A DNA stretch of 64,000 nt, taken from contig JAVVGF010000001.1 of assembly GCA_032249235.1 (NCBI GenBank), positions 160,001-224,000 on the forward strand, written 5' to 3'. The notes below the pieces were generated by a model, which made no database searches, was not told the DNA's origin, and saw only the letters and a list, made by a program, of their open reading frames with translations. Positions 1 through 9,679 of the stretch are shown piece after piece (the first letter of the stretch is position 1; every line of letters begins with the position of its first letter). This DNA comes from Thermoproteota archaeon (GTDB taxonomy: Archaea; Thermoproteota; Thermoprotei; Gearchaeales; Gearchaeaceae). A program made the position numbers and the translations under genes.

Positions 1-326
1 CTCAAAGGTTCGCTAAGATTTCTTTTTATATCGTTATTCAAAGCCTTAAGAGGAGATATGTAAATACAGTAAACTTCATCTTTAAGTTCATTTTTAAGGG
101 CTAAATCGAATAGCTTTGATATTATGACTAAGAAAGCTGATAAAGTCTTTCCTGAACCTGTTGGAGCAGTTATTAACAAGCTTTTCTCTTCACTCAATAG
201 CTTAAAAGAGTAATATTGTGGGGGTGTCAAATCTAGGAATTTTCTTTCAAACCATTCCCTAACATAGCGATTTAAACAGCTGAGATTTTCTTCCTTTGAG
301 AATTTCCTTAGAGGATAATGAAACAT
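1..326 (-). CDS. lhr: ATP-dependent helicase Lhr, N-terminal part (runs off the window start)
   Basis: Manual translation from ATG at 326: MFHYPLRKF...VREWFERKFLDLTPPQ...LLITAPTGSGKTLSAFL...YISPLKALNNDI. Q-motif, Walker A and motif Ia typical of Lhr. Not in the ORF track because truncated. Confidence 0.9.
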   Translation of the reverse strand, partial: MFHYPLRKFSKEENLSCLNRYVREWFERKFLDLTPPQYYSFKLLSEEKSLLITAPTGSGKTLSAFLVIISKLFDLALKNELKDEVYCIYISPLKALNNDIKRNLSEPL

Positions 327-462
327 TACAGATTTTTATTTTCTCATAAGAAACTTAAATAAATTGCAGAAGAAATACCGTTATTTCCTAAGTATTACGC
401 AAATTACAATCTTATCTTCTAGTTTGGACAGTTTTAAAATTCTATATCAGATTCATATAGCT

Positions 463-2964
463 TTATTTTGCTGGTATTACTTTCTTGTATATCTCACTAT
501 AAGTCTTTTTCTCACCATCTACGGTTAAAAGGAACTCCAATGTTATATTGAATAATTTCTCATTGTTTTTTAAATAGGGTAATATTAAATCCCAATCTTC
601 TTTACTTAGCTTAACATATTTGCCACCATGTAGTTGGTTTTCTTCAAGCTTATTATAAGGATCCCTTATGTATATTGCTCCTCCTGAAGCCAATGAGAAT
701 AAATTCCCACCAGGATATGGATCTTCAAGATTGTAATATTCTCCTTCATCACTTATTCCTATACTATTTAATATTACAAAACCTCCTCCTTTTAATGGGT
801 CTCCAGCCATGAATGATTCTGCTAAATAATCTAAACATGTTCCGTTAATTATAACTCTAGGCTTTCCTACAGAGTTTATCAAAGGTCTACCGGCTGCACT
901 ACCTAAGACATAAACTTCTCCTCCTTTCGAGCTATACATAAACGTTTGTCCAACATCACCATATATTACAAGTTTACCTCTTTTCATTATTTGCGCTACT
1001 TGATCTTGAGCAGATCCATGAACATATATTTCTGCACCATCTAATCCTGAACCTAAATAATCTCCAGAATCACCATATACATCAATTCTTAAAGAATCTG
1101 AATTAGGACCGAGGCCACAACCTAGAAATCTTTGTCCTCTCATATTATAAACGATGATTTTTCTCCAACCCATTTTGTATGCTTCGACAACAAATCTAGA
1201 TAATGAATCTTCTCCTTCTGAAGGGAAATATTTGGAATCAATTACTAATGTTTGAATTGAATTTTCAGCCTCATGTAATTTATCTTTTTCATAAAAATCT
1301 ATTAATTTATATTCTTGATCTAAATATTTATCAAAAATTTCATATAAAGCTTTTAATAATACGGTCTTTATTGAACTTCTTCTTTTCATTCCGGTATTAT
1401 AAGGAAGATCATATAGACGTGTAAGCAATTCTATTGCTTCTCTTGGTTTTCTTTTCTTTATGCTTTCTATATAGGATAATAATTCTTCCCATCCAATATC
1501 CTTTATTCTTTTTATAAATGTATCTATATCAAAATTTTTATCATCTTTAATATTAAAAATTTTTTGATTATTAGATAACTTGGGATAATAATGTTCTTGA
1601 TATTCTGGAATCGTTATCTTAATTCCAAATTTATTAAAACATTCGAATTTATTTTTTTCATAGTTGTAAACATAAATGAATGCTCCTCCATCTGTATGAC
1701 TTCCTCCTCTCGCAACCCAATATTTATCAGCATATAGTGAGGGTATGCGTGCATCTTCATATAAATCTCTAAGTATAGCATTAATAGCTTGTCTTTCAGA
1801 AGCGACGATACCTAATTTCATGTTCGCATCGAGATAAGAGAAAACTTGAGGCCTGAGCATAGAAGTATCTGTTATACCGATTAACTGAAATTGCTTTAAA
1901 CGAGGATCATGGCCTGCAATTATGAAAAACCAAGGTCCGTCAGGAGAGGATGTCATGTGCAAAGCTTGGATCTCTCTATATATTTTTCTCTTTTCTAAAG
2001 GTAATTTGTAGAAATCTCTTTCAAGTGTAGGAGCGAGAGCTTCTATCAAATATTCTAAAGGATATTCATATACTCTATATAATAAATCGAAAACGAGCAT
2101 AGCTACCTCTGTATCAGTTAAGAAAAGCGGTTCATAGTTTCTTTCTTTTAAGTATTCAACGATAGGATGATAATTTGAGAAATCTCCATTATGAACCAAC
2201 GCATGATTTACTCCTACGAAAGGATGAGCTCCTCCAGGATGCCAAACTTTTCCTTTTGTTGGATATCTATGATGTCCTATCCATACATGTGCTTTGAAAT
2301 CATCTAATTTATAATATTTAATAACTTCATCACCATAACCTACAAGCTTGAGTACTATCATATTTTTACCTGAAGACATCACCATTGCTCTTTTTTCGCC
2401 TAAAGAAGAATAATATTTCTTGTTAAGCATGAACGAAATTTGCCATATCATTTCTTCTTCTACTTTATCTTCAGGAAGATCTTCAAGCTCATTCTCTCTA
2501 ATAAATTTCTTGAGCTTATCTTCTCTTACTTTTATAAAATATCTATAAATTTCTGGCGGCCTTACTTCTAAACCTAGTTTTTGATGATCTAGATGTTCTA
2601 GCTTATAACTATCATATACTTCAAAGAATTCAGAAATGTATCCTTTTTCAATTTCATCCTTATAACTTTCATTCAAAATCGCTAATTGGAATATATAGCA
2701 GTTATTGAGCATTTCTTTGCTTACTCCTAGTTGAATATTTGAAAGTCCTACAGCTGCAATTCCTCCTCCTTTCCTGTTTCCTCTGTTTTTCATTTGATAA
2801 AGTGCTTGATACAGGTATCTTCCTTCAAGTTGTTCAGAGGAAGCTAATCCTATTACTCCACATCCACCTTCCGCTTCAATCTTATTTTTAACTTTAAAAT
2901 CCTTCTCAATTATTCTCAATCTGCTTTTCAATAACTTGTTATTCATATTCCTCTTTACCTTCAA
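463..2964 (-). CDS. Glutamate-synthase-like protein: class II (Ntn) glutamine amidotransferase domain fused to C-terminal GXGXG domain (GltB domains 1+3)
   Basis: EGGCGVIG Ntn nucleophile after a short propeptide, GHHRYPT, AHPF, HNGD, TDTEV; C-terminal GDSGDYLGSGLDG / GDVGQTFMY glycine repeats. Real start may be ATG at 2946. Confidence 0.85.
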   Translation of the reverse strand: MKVKRNMNNKLLKSRLRIIEKDFKVKNKIEAEGGCGVIGLASSEQLEGRYLYQALYQMKNRGNRKGGGIAAVGLSNIQLGVSKEMLNNCYIFQLAILNESYKDEIEKGYISEFFEVYDSYKLEHLDHQKLGLEVRPPEIYRYFIKVREDKLKKFIRENELEDLPEDKVEEEMIWQISFMLNKKYYSSLGEKRAMVMSSGKNMIVLKLVGYGDEVIKYYKLDDFKAHVWIGHHRYPTKGKVWHPGGAHPFVGVNHALVHNGDFSNYHPIVEYLKERNYEPLFLTDTEVAMLVFDLLYRVYEYPLEYLIEALAPTLERDFYKLPLEKRKIYREIQALHMTSSPDGPWFFIIAGHDPRLKQFQLIGITDTSMLRPQVFSYLDANMKLGIVASERQAINAILRDLYEDARIPSLYADKYWVARGGSHTDGGAFIYVYNYEKNKFECFNKFGIKITIPEYQEHYYPKLSNNQKIFNIKDDKNFDIDTFIKRIKDIGWEELLSYIESIKKRKPREAIELLTRLYDLPYNTGMKRRSSIKTVLLKALYEIFDKYLDQEYKLIDFYEKDKLHEAENSIQTLVIDSKYFPSEGEDSLSRFVVEAYKMGWRKIIVYNMRGQRFLGCGLGPNSDSLRIDVYGDSGDYLGSGLDGAEIYVHGSAQDQVAQIMKRGKLVIYGDVGQTFMYSSKGGEVYVLGSAAGRPLINSVGKPRVIINGTCLDYLAESFMAGDPLKGGGFVILNSIGISDEGEYYNLEDPYPGGNLFSLASGGAIYIRDPYNKLEENQLHGGKYVKLSKEDWDLILPYLKNNEKLFNITLEFLLTVDGEKKTYSEIYKKVIPAK

Positions 2965-4288
2965 AACTAGGTCCTTTATCTAATAACAAATCCTTTCTTC
3001 CTTTTAATTCCCTTATGCTATCTAGATCTAGCATGTATAAGATTTTTTTCAATTCATAACACCACGCCTTATACATGTTGATAATTCTTTTCGAGCCCCA
3101 TGCGGGGTCTTGCAAACTCGATAAAACTTTATTCGTTGTTGCTATACCTATTTGACAACCTCTTCCTCTTCCTCCTTTCTCGCAATTACCGCATTGTGTG
3201 CATCCTAAAGCTATTAGCTCTGCAGTTCCTATTATGCAACCATCAGCTCCTAAAGCTATTGCTTTAGCAACATCATGAGGAGTTCTTATTCCGCCACTTG
3301 CCATTAAAATAATGTTTTCTCTCACACCTTCAGCTAAAAGATAGTTATGAACCTTAGGTATAGCAAATTCAATAGGCATAGCTATATTTTTCTTTGCAAA
3401 TTCAGGCGAAGCTCCTGTACCCCCATAACCCCCATCGAGATGAATAATGTGAGCACCTGCATAATAGATTCCAATTGCTACCATATCTACATCTATAGGC
3501 GTTGAAACTTTAACTGAAACCAAAGCATTTGGATTTACAGCACGAATCCAATCAACATGCTTCTTATGATCTTCTACTGAATATACACTATGAAAAGGGA
3601 AGGGTTGATAAATATTAACGAATGGTACGACTTCTCTCATTTCTGCTACCTCAGGAGTTACCTTTGGCGCTAGAAGATGTCCACCTAAGCCTGGTTTGGC
3701 TCCTTGAGCATATTTGAATTCTATAATCCGCGATACGAGTATTGTTTCTTCTCTTACTCCAAAATATCCAGTTGAGATTTGTGTAATTACGTTTTCCTTA
3801 AATTTCATCAATTCTTTAGGATATCCTCCTTCCCCTGTAGATGTGAAAGTTCCTAAAGCTTTTGCACTCATTGCTCTAGCGATCATAACGTTTAAGCTAA
3901 TCGAACCGAAGGACATACCTGCTCCGTAAAAAGGAACAGGGATTGTAATTTTTTCACCATAGTTTCTTTTATTAAGATCAATTGAAAGGTCTATTTCTTC
4001 GAACTTTTTTAAGAAATCTTTTTCATCGAATGATTGTTTGTATTTGAAATCTAATGAATCAAAACCGTCTCCTCTATTTCCTATTCTATATTCAAGATGT
4101 TCAGGTATTTTACCTGTTGAAGCTTCGTAATATGTAGCTAATATCAAATCTTTTGTCCAGCCATAATTTCCTATTGCTATTTCTTCGAAGTTTAAATAAG
4201 GTAAAATCTCGAGATTTCTGTAGATATTTTCTCTATGTTTCTCTATCGCTCTTGGATTTGAGATATTTAGAAGTTTTAATGAAGGCAT
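2939..4288 (-). CDS. FMN-binding glutamate synthase domain protein (GltB domain 2)
   Basis: GMSFGSIS, TGEGG, EFKYAQGAKPGLGGHL, DGGYGGTGA, SGGIRT, KAIALGAD and Cys cluster GCTQCGNC...GC. Confidence 0.9.
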   Translation of the reverse strand: MPSLKLLNISNPRAIEKHRENIYRNLEILPYLNFEEIAIGNYGWTKDLILATYYEASTGKIPEHLEYRIGNRGDGFDSLDFKYKQSFDEKDFLKKFEEIDLSIDLNKRNYGEKITIPVPFYGAGMSFGSISLNVMIARAMSAKALGTFTSTGEGGYPKELMKFKENVITQISTGYFGVREETILVSRIIEFKYAQGAKPGLGGHLLAPKVTPEVAEMREVVPFVNIYQPFPFHSVYSVEDHKKHVDWIRAVNPNALVSVKVSTPIDVDMVAIGIYYAGAHIIHLDGGYGGTGASPEFAKKNIAMPIEFAIPKVHNYLLAEGVRENIILMASGGIRTPHDVAKAIALGADGCIIGTAELIALGCTQCGNCEKGGRGRGCQIGIATTNKVLSSLQDPAWGSKRIINMYKAWCYELKKILYMLDLDSIRELKGRKDLLLDKGPSFEGKEEYE

Positions 4289-5817
4289 TCTATATCTCCA
4301 AAAGCCTCTTTTCTGATCTCTTCATAAAAAATAGCCCTTCCTACATCTCCTCTTAGTCTTCGCACATCTCTTTTACCCATTGCACTTAGTGCTTCAATTA
4401 TCTGTTCATGCCATGCAGAAATCAAATTAATTAATCTTTGAGAGCCCCATTCAACATCTATTTTTCTAGGGACAATTTTTGCTTTTCCTCTCACTAATTT
4501 AAATTCTGATTGAAGAGCAACATGAATAGCTACATCAATTCCAACAGCATCTAGTCCGCAAATCATTGCTTTAACAACGTGTTCAGCCATTGTAGCACAT
4601 CTACTTCCTAATATGGATATCTCATTTCTCATTCCTTTTTTTAGCAATTCTTCATGTATTTCTCTTATAATTCGCTTTGGATTTTCTCTTGCATCCCAAT
4701 TAAACACGATATGAATTGAATCAAAACCATTTTCTATTGCTTTTAACAATTTTCTATATAAATTGTCTTTTGAATTTATCCTAGCTATAAGAATTTTATC
4801 TTCTTTATCTTTTAGACTTTTTAATAAATCATCAGCATATTCTTCATACTCTATTTCAATTATTTTAGTCTTTTTTAAAATTTTATCATAATTTTCATTA
4901 AAATATTCTTCTTTTTTTATTAAAGGAATTAAGTTTGAGCTTATATTAATTAATTTCTCAAAATTCTTTAAAGATACTATTGCAAAAGTTGAACATTTTT
5001 CTGCAGCTATAGCAATTGCTTTTTGATGTGAATAATTAGTGAATTCTTCTTCTTGATAATCGAAAAATACTGGAATCTCTATCCTGAATGTTTTGCTTGA
5101 TTTTAATTGAGGATAAAATCTATCTTTCCTGCTTCCTATATCTACTGCTGTAGAGATATATTCTCTCCCTTCTTTACCATCTCTAGTAGGTCTAACTATT
5201 TCTGACATATCTAACCATATTCCATCCCATGAAGGGCCTGCAAATTGTCCTTTATAGCCCATTCCTTTTACTAGTTCATCGCCTGTTTCGGCTTCATGCA
5301 ATATTGTATAGAAGTCATTCAAATTAATTGAGAAAAATGCTAAACTCTTTTTCATATCCAAAAATTTCTTGTTTATTTCTATTCTAGCAACATTTGGATA
5401 TTCTTGCCAACATCTTAAACAGCCTGTGCATCTATCTTTTTTAGGTAAATATCCGCCTAAAATTCCATCAAATACGCCATATTCACAAGGTCTGTCAAAC
5501 AAGGCATCATATCTCAATTTCAATTCTGTATAAAACTTAAGAATTTCTTCCTTTAAGTTAATACGTTTCTCTAATACTTCTTCTATTCTTTTCCTTGAAA
5601 AATAAGATAAAATTGTTTTGATGATGAATTTTATAATTAGCTCATTTGCTTCTTTAATTATGAGTTTCGTTAATCCGATTTTGCTTATTTTAGGTTCAAA
5701 TTTGTGAGGAACTTTATATTTGGATGGGCAATATTCTTTTCTTAATTTGTAACGTATGTGTTGGGAGTCTTCAATATGAATAAGTTTCGATTGTAAAACT
5801 GTTTCGTAAATTTCCAT
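4276..5817 (-). CDS. Degenerate second GltB2-like (FMN barrel) protein with N-terminal ferredoxin-like motif
   Basis: PCEYGV...CTGCLRCWQEYP; DMSEIVRPTRDG; KAMICGLDAVGID; ALSAMGKRDVRRLRG. Start moved to ATG 5817 (TATA-like element about 25-30 bp upstream); track ORF begins at 5952. Confidence 0.7.
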   Translation of the reverse strand: MEIYETVLQSKLIHIEDSQHIRYKLRKEYCPSKYKVPHKFEPKISKIGLTKLIIKEANELIIKFIIKTILSYFSRKRIEEVLEKRINLKEEILKFYTELKLRYDALFDRPCEYGVFDGILGGYLPKKDRCTGCLRCWQEYPNVARIEINKKFLDMKKSLAFFSINLNDFYTILHEAETGDELVKGMGYKGQFAGPSWDGIWLDMSEIVRPTRDGKEGREYISTAVDIGSRKDRFYPQLKSSKTFRIEIPVFFDYQEEEFTNYSHQKAIAIAAEKCSTFAIVSLKNFEKLINISSNLIPLIKKEEYFNENYDKILKKTKIIEIEYEEYADDLLKSLKDKEDKILIARINSKDNLYRKLLKAIENGFDSIHIVFNWDARENPKRIIREIHEELLKKGMRNEISILGSRCATMAEHVVKAMICGLDAVGIDVAIHVALQSEFKLVRGKAKIVPRKIDVEWGSQRLINLISAWHEQIIEALSAMGKRDVRRLRGDVGRAIFYEEIRKEAFGDIECLH

Positions 5818-5983
5818 AAAGATTGATCTATATAATCCATATTTAAAATTGAATATGAACATTTTTTTATTAATTGAGGTAGAATTTGAATAAATTTTTA
5901 TAAAATTTGAAAATAAACAATAGTCCAATTCCGAGCATTTCAAGGCGTCCATCCTTAAATTTTTGTTTTACGATTAATCATTC

Positions 5984-7414
5984 ATGAAGGTGTTATCATT
6001 TATTTTGATCTTCTTTATTCTTTCACAACCTTTATCATATAGCGCTTTAGTGGGTAGTAGTCTTCAAGAATTCGACGTTAATAAAAATGCTGAAAGTAGT
6101 ACGCTGTCTAAACTTATTATTTATCAGGCAAGTTCTGTAAACGCTTGTGCATTTATTCAAAAAACCATCGATGTTAAAGATTACGGATTTTCTTCAAATC
6201 GTCTTTTCAGATTTCTTTCTGATGCTTCGCTTAATTTGAATTCAACAATTATAAATAACCTAGGTAATATTGCTGAAAAAGCTTATTCAATTCTTGTATC
6301 TTTTTTTAATGCTACTCCCTATGATCAATCAAAAGAAGGCTTTATAAATGTAGCAATTGCGAATTTAAACGAAGCTTATAATCGAAGTCAAGTATTCGTT
6401 GCAGGTTATACAATACCTAAAGAAGATCCTAATAATAAGAGCATAATATACCTTGATTCATACCATGTACTAACTTCAAGCTATAATGACACCTATGTGT
6501 TATTCGCGCATGAGCTCTTTCATCTCATACAAGCCTCTGTGATAAACATATCTTCACATGAAGACTGGGTCATTGAAGGTACAGCTGTATTTGCAAGCGA
6601 TTTGGCTATCAAAGGTTACTCTCCACTTTATAATTCAATATATTTAGCTTATAACAAGTTCAACGTTTCTTTAAGAACTCCTGCGCAATGCTTAAGCTTA
6701 GATGCTTATATAGCAGATTATTTGATAGCCCCAACTTTTTTCGAGTTTTTAGCTGAAAAATATGGTAATAGCGCAATTAGTAAGCTATTATGGAAATTAA
6801 AAGGGAATAGCGATATAAGAGCATTAGAAATTGTTTCGAATACAACATTCGATAGATTATTCTCTGAATTCGCTGTGTGGAATTATTTAGGTCTTTACCA
6901 TGGTACGGAGTATACTTTTGAAAAAGTCAAAATTTATGCTTTTCCTCTAACTTCTTTAGTCTTAAATTCTACTTATGCGAATAGCATTGCTCCTCTATCA
7001 ATCCATTACATAAGAATTTTAGCACAAAGAGATGCGATTTTAGATATAAATTATCAAGGAAATCTTAATTTCATAATAATTAAAATTAAAGGAAATAGAT
7101 TAAGTAATAATTTCACTTATGAAGTTTCATATATTAAAAATGAAAAATATATCTTTATATCAAATGTAAAGGAATATAATGAAATAGTATTAGGAATTGT
7201 AAATACCGAATCAAATAACATAAACTATTCGATTATTTTATTGCCTTCTAACTTAACGCTTTATACAATAACGTTTACTAAAACAGAAATAAAAGAAATC
7301 CCCAATGCGAATCTTTTGGCAATCTTAATCTTTGCAACTATTATTACATTTTTAGCTTTGTTTTTGATTTTATTTAGAAGAAGGCTTAGCAAAGTCTTCT
7401 CTCAAGAAACATGA
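5984..7414 (+). CDS. Membrane-anchored extracellular zinc metallopeptidase (HEXXH...E)
   Basis: N-terminal signal peptide, FAHELFHLIQ followed by WVIEGTA, C-terminal TM helix plus RRR tail. Confidence 0.75.
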   Translation: MKVLSFILIFFILSQPLSYSALVGSSLQEFDVNKNAESSTLSKLIIYQASSVNACAFIQKTIDVKDYGFSSNRLFRFLSDASLNLNSTIINNLGNIAEKAYSILVSFFNATPYDQSKEGFINVAIANLNEAYNRSQVFVAGYTIPKEDPNNKSIIYLDSYHVLTSSYNDTYVLFAHELFHLIQASVINISSHEDWVIEGTAVFASDLAIKGYSPLYNSIYLAYNKFNVSLRTPAQCLSLDAYIADYLIAPTFFEFLAEKYGNSAISKLLWKLKGNSDIRALEIVSNTTFDRLFSEFAVWNYLGLYHGTEYTFEKVKIYAFPLTSLVLNSTYANSIAPLSIHYIRILAQRDAILDINYQGNLNFIIIKIKGNRLSNNFTYEVSYIKNEKYIFISNVKEYNEIVLGIVNTESNNINYSIILLPSNLTLYTITFTKTEIKEIPNANLLAILIFATIITFLALFLILFRRRLSKVFSQET

Positions 7415-8201
7415 ACTTTGAAGATAGCTTCTCTACTTCATTCTCGCTAAATCCCAATTTTCTCAGACTTTCCTCGATGCTTGCATCTATATTTTTATAA
7501 TATTCATTAATTTCCTCAATATCCAATTTTCTTCCTATAAGTTCGAAAAAGCTATTTTTAATATGATCTTCAGAGAGTTTAAAAGAAGATATTAGAAGTT
7601 CAGACCCAATCACAGCATCTAAGATTTGTACAACACTTATCTTTTCCTTAGCTATAAACTCTTCAAAGACCTTATTCGCAATTATCTTATTTTTCTCGTT
7701 GTAATCAAAAAGTTCAAATAATTTTTTATAAGTATAGTTATTACTCTTTTCAATTAAATAATCTAGATTAGATCTATAAATTGTTTCCAAAAATATATTT
7801 AAAAGAAGATATTGACGCAAAGGATTAAATGTCTTTACTACGCTTAATCCAAGTTCTAGTGCTGTAGAACCTTCTGCTTCAATACCTTTTAACAAAGCAA
7901 ATTTATTAATTACGCTTAAAAATTCAAGATCCTCTGCAAGTTTGCTACCTTCTATTGCTTTTATTTTAACGTTGAGATTTGAATTTAGGATGTTTTCTCT
8001 GATTTTCGCTAAAGCTTTTCTCATTTGATATGAATAGGCAAGAAATGAATTGAAGGCAGATTCGCTTATAGGTTTAAAATTTTTTAGAGTAACAAACAAT
8101 ACCGAATTGCTTAATAGTTCTTCTGATAAATTGAATATTTCTACGTCGTTTTCCCTAGCAATAAGCTCTAGTTCAAGTTTAATCCATTTCGATCTTTCCA
8201 T
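7386..8201 (-). CDS. Hypothetical protein, predicted mostly alpha-helical
   Basis: 271-aa ORF co-oriented with cupin and citG; no motif recognised. Confidence 0.6.
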   Translation of the reverse strand: MERSKWIKLELELIARENDVEIFNLSEELLSNSVLFVTLKNFKPISESAFNSFLAYSYQMRKALAKIRENILNSNLNVKIKAIEGSKLAEDLEFLSVINKFALLKGIEAEGSTALELGLSVVKTFNPLRQYLLLNIFLETIYRSNLDYLIEKSNNYTYKKLFELFDYNEKNKIIANKVFEEFIAKEKISVVQILDAVIGSELLISSFKLSEDHIKNSFFELIGRKLDIEEINEYYKNIDASIEESLRKLGFSENEVEKLSSKFMFLERRLC

Positions 8202-8241
8202 ATGTTAGAAAGGTTAAGCTATCAATTAAACGTTAAGAATT

Positions 8242-8649
8242 TCAAGATTGTTTTTTGAAAGACTGCAATATATGACTTTCTATTTCGACAGTATAAAGTG
8301 CTTCGTTTCCTCTAAAACAATGGAACTCAAGAATTTCATTACCTGTATTTATTATTTGATGTGGCTCATTTGCTCTTATGAACACAATATCATTAGCTTT
8401 AATTTCTTTCATAACAGGTTTTCCATCTTCGATAGTTAAAATTGCACCTTTCCCTTTTGTTATGATAAGTATATGCTCATAGTTATGAATATCATAAGGT
8501 GTCATTCCTCCTGGTTCAATTTTATAATATCTTAAATAAAACCTAAAGGAACCAAATCTATCGTCGATGACTTTCCTTCTCAATACTTTTGTTGCACCTC
8601 TTTCTTTAAACTCTTCAAATTCTATTTTATCCAATTCTCTTATTATCAT
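8242..8649 (-). CDS. Cupin domain protein
   Basis: IEPGGMTPYDIHNYEH...GKG and IRANEPHQIINTG cupin motifs. Confidence 0.9.
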   Translation of the reverse strand: MIIRELDKIEFEEFKERGATKVLRRKVIDDRFGSFRFYLRYYKIEPGGMTPYDIHNYEHILIITKGKGAILTIEDGKPVMKEIKANDIVFIRANEPHQIINTGNEILEFHCFRGNEALYTVEIESHILQSFKKQS

Positions 8650-8668
8650 TAGGAAGAATTATATTTCA

Positions 8669-9583
8669 TCAAATATATCTTCTTGAGTCTTCTGTAAGAA
8701 ATAATAAGAAAAGAGATGCTACAATTAGATCCGCAGTTGTCCCTGCATTAATTTTCAGACTTGAAAATTCTTCATCTATTTCGTTTGCAATTATTTCAAT
8801 GTCTTTTTTTGTTTTCATTTTTTCATCGACGAATTTTCTAATTCTTTCAGCTATTTCGTAGCCGAATTTTCTATATACATGCGAATCAATTCTTTTGCTT
8901 AGTAATGTTAAGAATGTGCGTAAGCATGCTCTATTTAGACTTTCCTCATTTGAATATTTTAATAATAGAGGAAAGCTTTCTTCAAACGTTATCTTATAAT
9001 ACGTATAGTATTCATGAGCGATCCAATCGTATTGAGTAGCACTTCTCATTATTTCTCTCGGCTTTGCCTTCTTTTCCAAAATCTCCCTTTCCCAATCCTT
9101 CTTTGTTATATCAAATTCTTCCTGCTTTAAAAGCCACTTTGGTTTAGTTAAAAGTATTGCTTTGCATATCATTATTGAATCTTCTGGTTCGCTTGAATCT
9201 AGCACAATTTTTAAGCAATCCCTCAATCTTTCTATACTAATTTCTTTGGATTCTTTAAAGCAAAGCGCTGATGATGTTATCAAAGGAATTAAGAGCATTA
9301 AAGAACCGAGACTAGTATTTCCTTGAGACTGATATTTAAGCATGAGTTCAGTCGCTTCATAAATTCTTTTACCTATCCTGAATCTTTTAACATATCCATC
9401 TCTAAAAGCTGAATAAAATGTTAAAGCATTATAAGCAGTTGTTGCTAGGAAATTCTCGAATTTTAGATTACCTATCGATTTAATCTTCGTTACGTTTAAA
9501 GGCTTTGGATGAACACTAACTTCATATAACAACGCAAGAATTGCTGAACCTACAATTTTGTTTGTTAAATCATTTTTTTTCAT
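8669..9583 (-). CDS. citG: Archaeal CitG-family triphosphoribosyl-dephospho-CoA synthase homolog
   Basis: ALLYEVSVHPKP, NTSLG, DSHVYRKFG, INAGTTADL motifs of the CitG family. Confidence 0.85.
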   Translation of the reverse strand: MKKNDLTNKIVGSAILALLYEVSVHPKPLNVTKIKSIGNLKFENFLATTAYNALTFYSAFRDGYVKRFRIGKRIYEATELMLKYQSQGNTSLGSLMLLIPLITSSALCFKESKEISIERLRDCLKIVLDSSEPEDSIMICKAILLTKPKWLLKQEEFDITKKDWEREILEKKAKPREIMRSATQYDWIAHEYYTYYKITFEESFPLLLKYSNEESLNRACLRTFLTLLSKRIDSHVYRKFGYEIAERIRKFVDEKMKTKKDIEIIANEIDEEFSSLKINAGTTADLIVASLFLLFLTEDSRRYI

Positions 9584-9645
9584 ACATTTAAATATTCAAG
9601 TCTTGTTCAATAAATTGATTGTATATAATTTTCAATTTAGAAAAT

Positions 9646-9653
9646 TTTATAAA
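9646..9653 (+). promoter_or_regulatory. TATA box upstream of nrdJ
   Basis: TTTATAAA preceded by purine-rich GAAAA, about 27 bp before ATG 9680. Confidence 0.55.
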
Positions 9654-9679
9654 TTTGGTTATAGATTAAAACATGCGAT

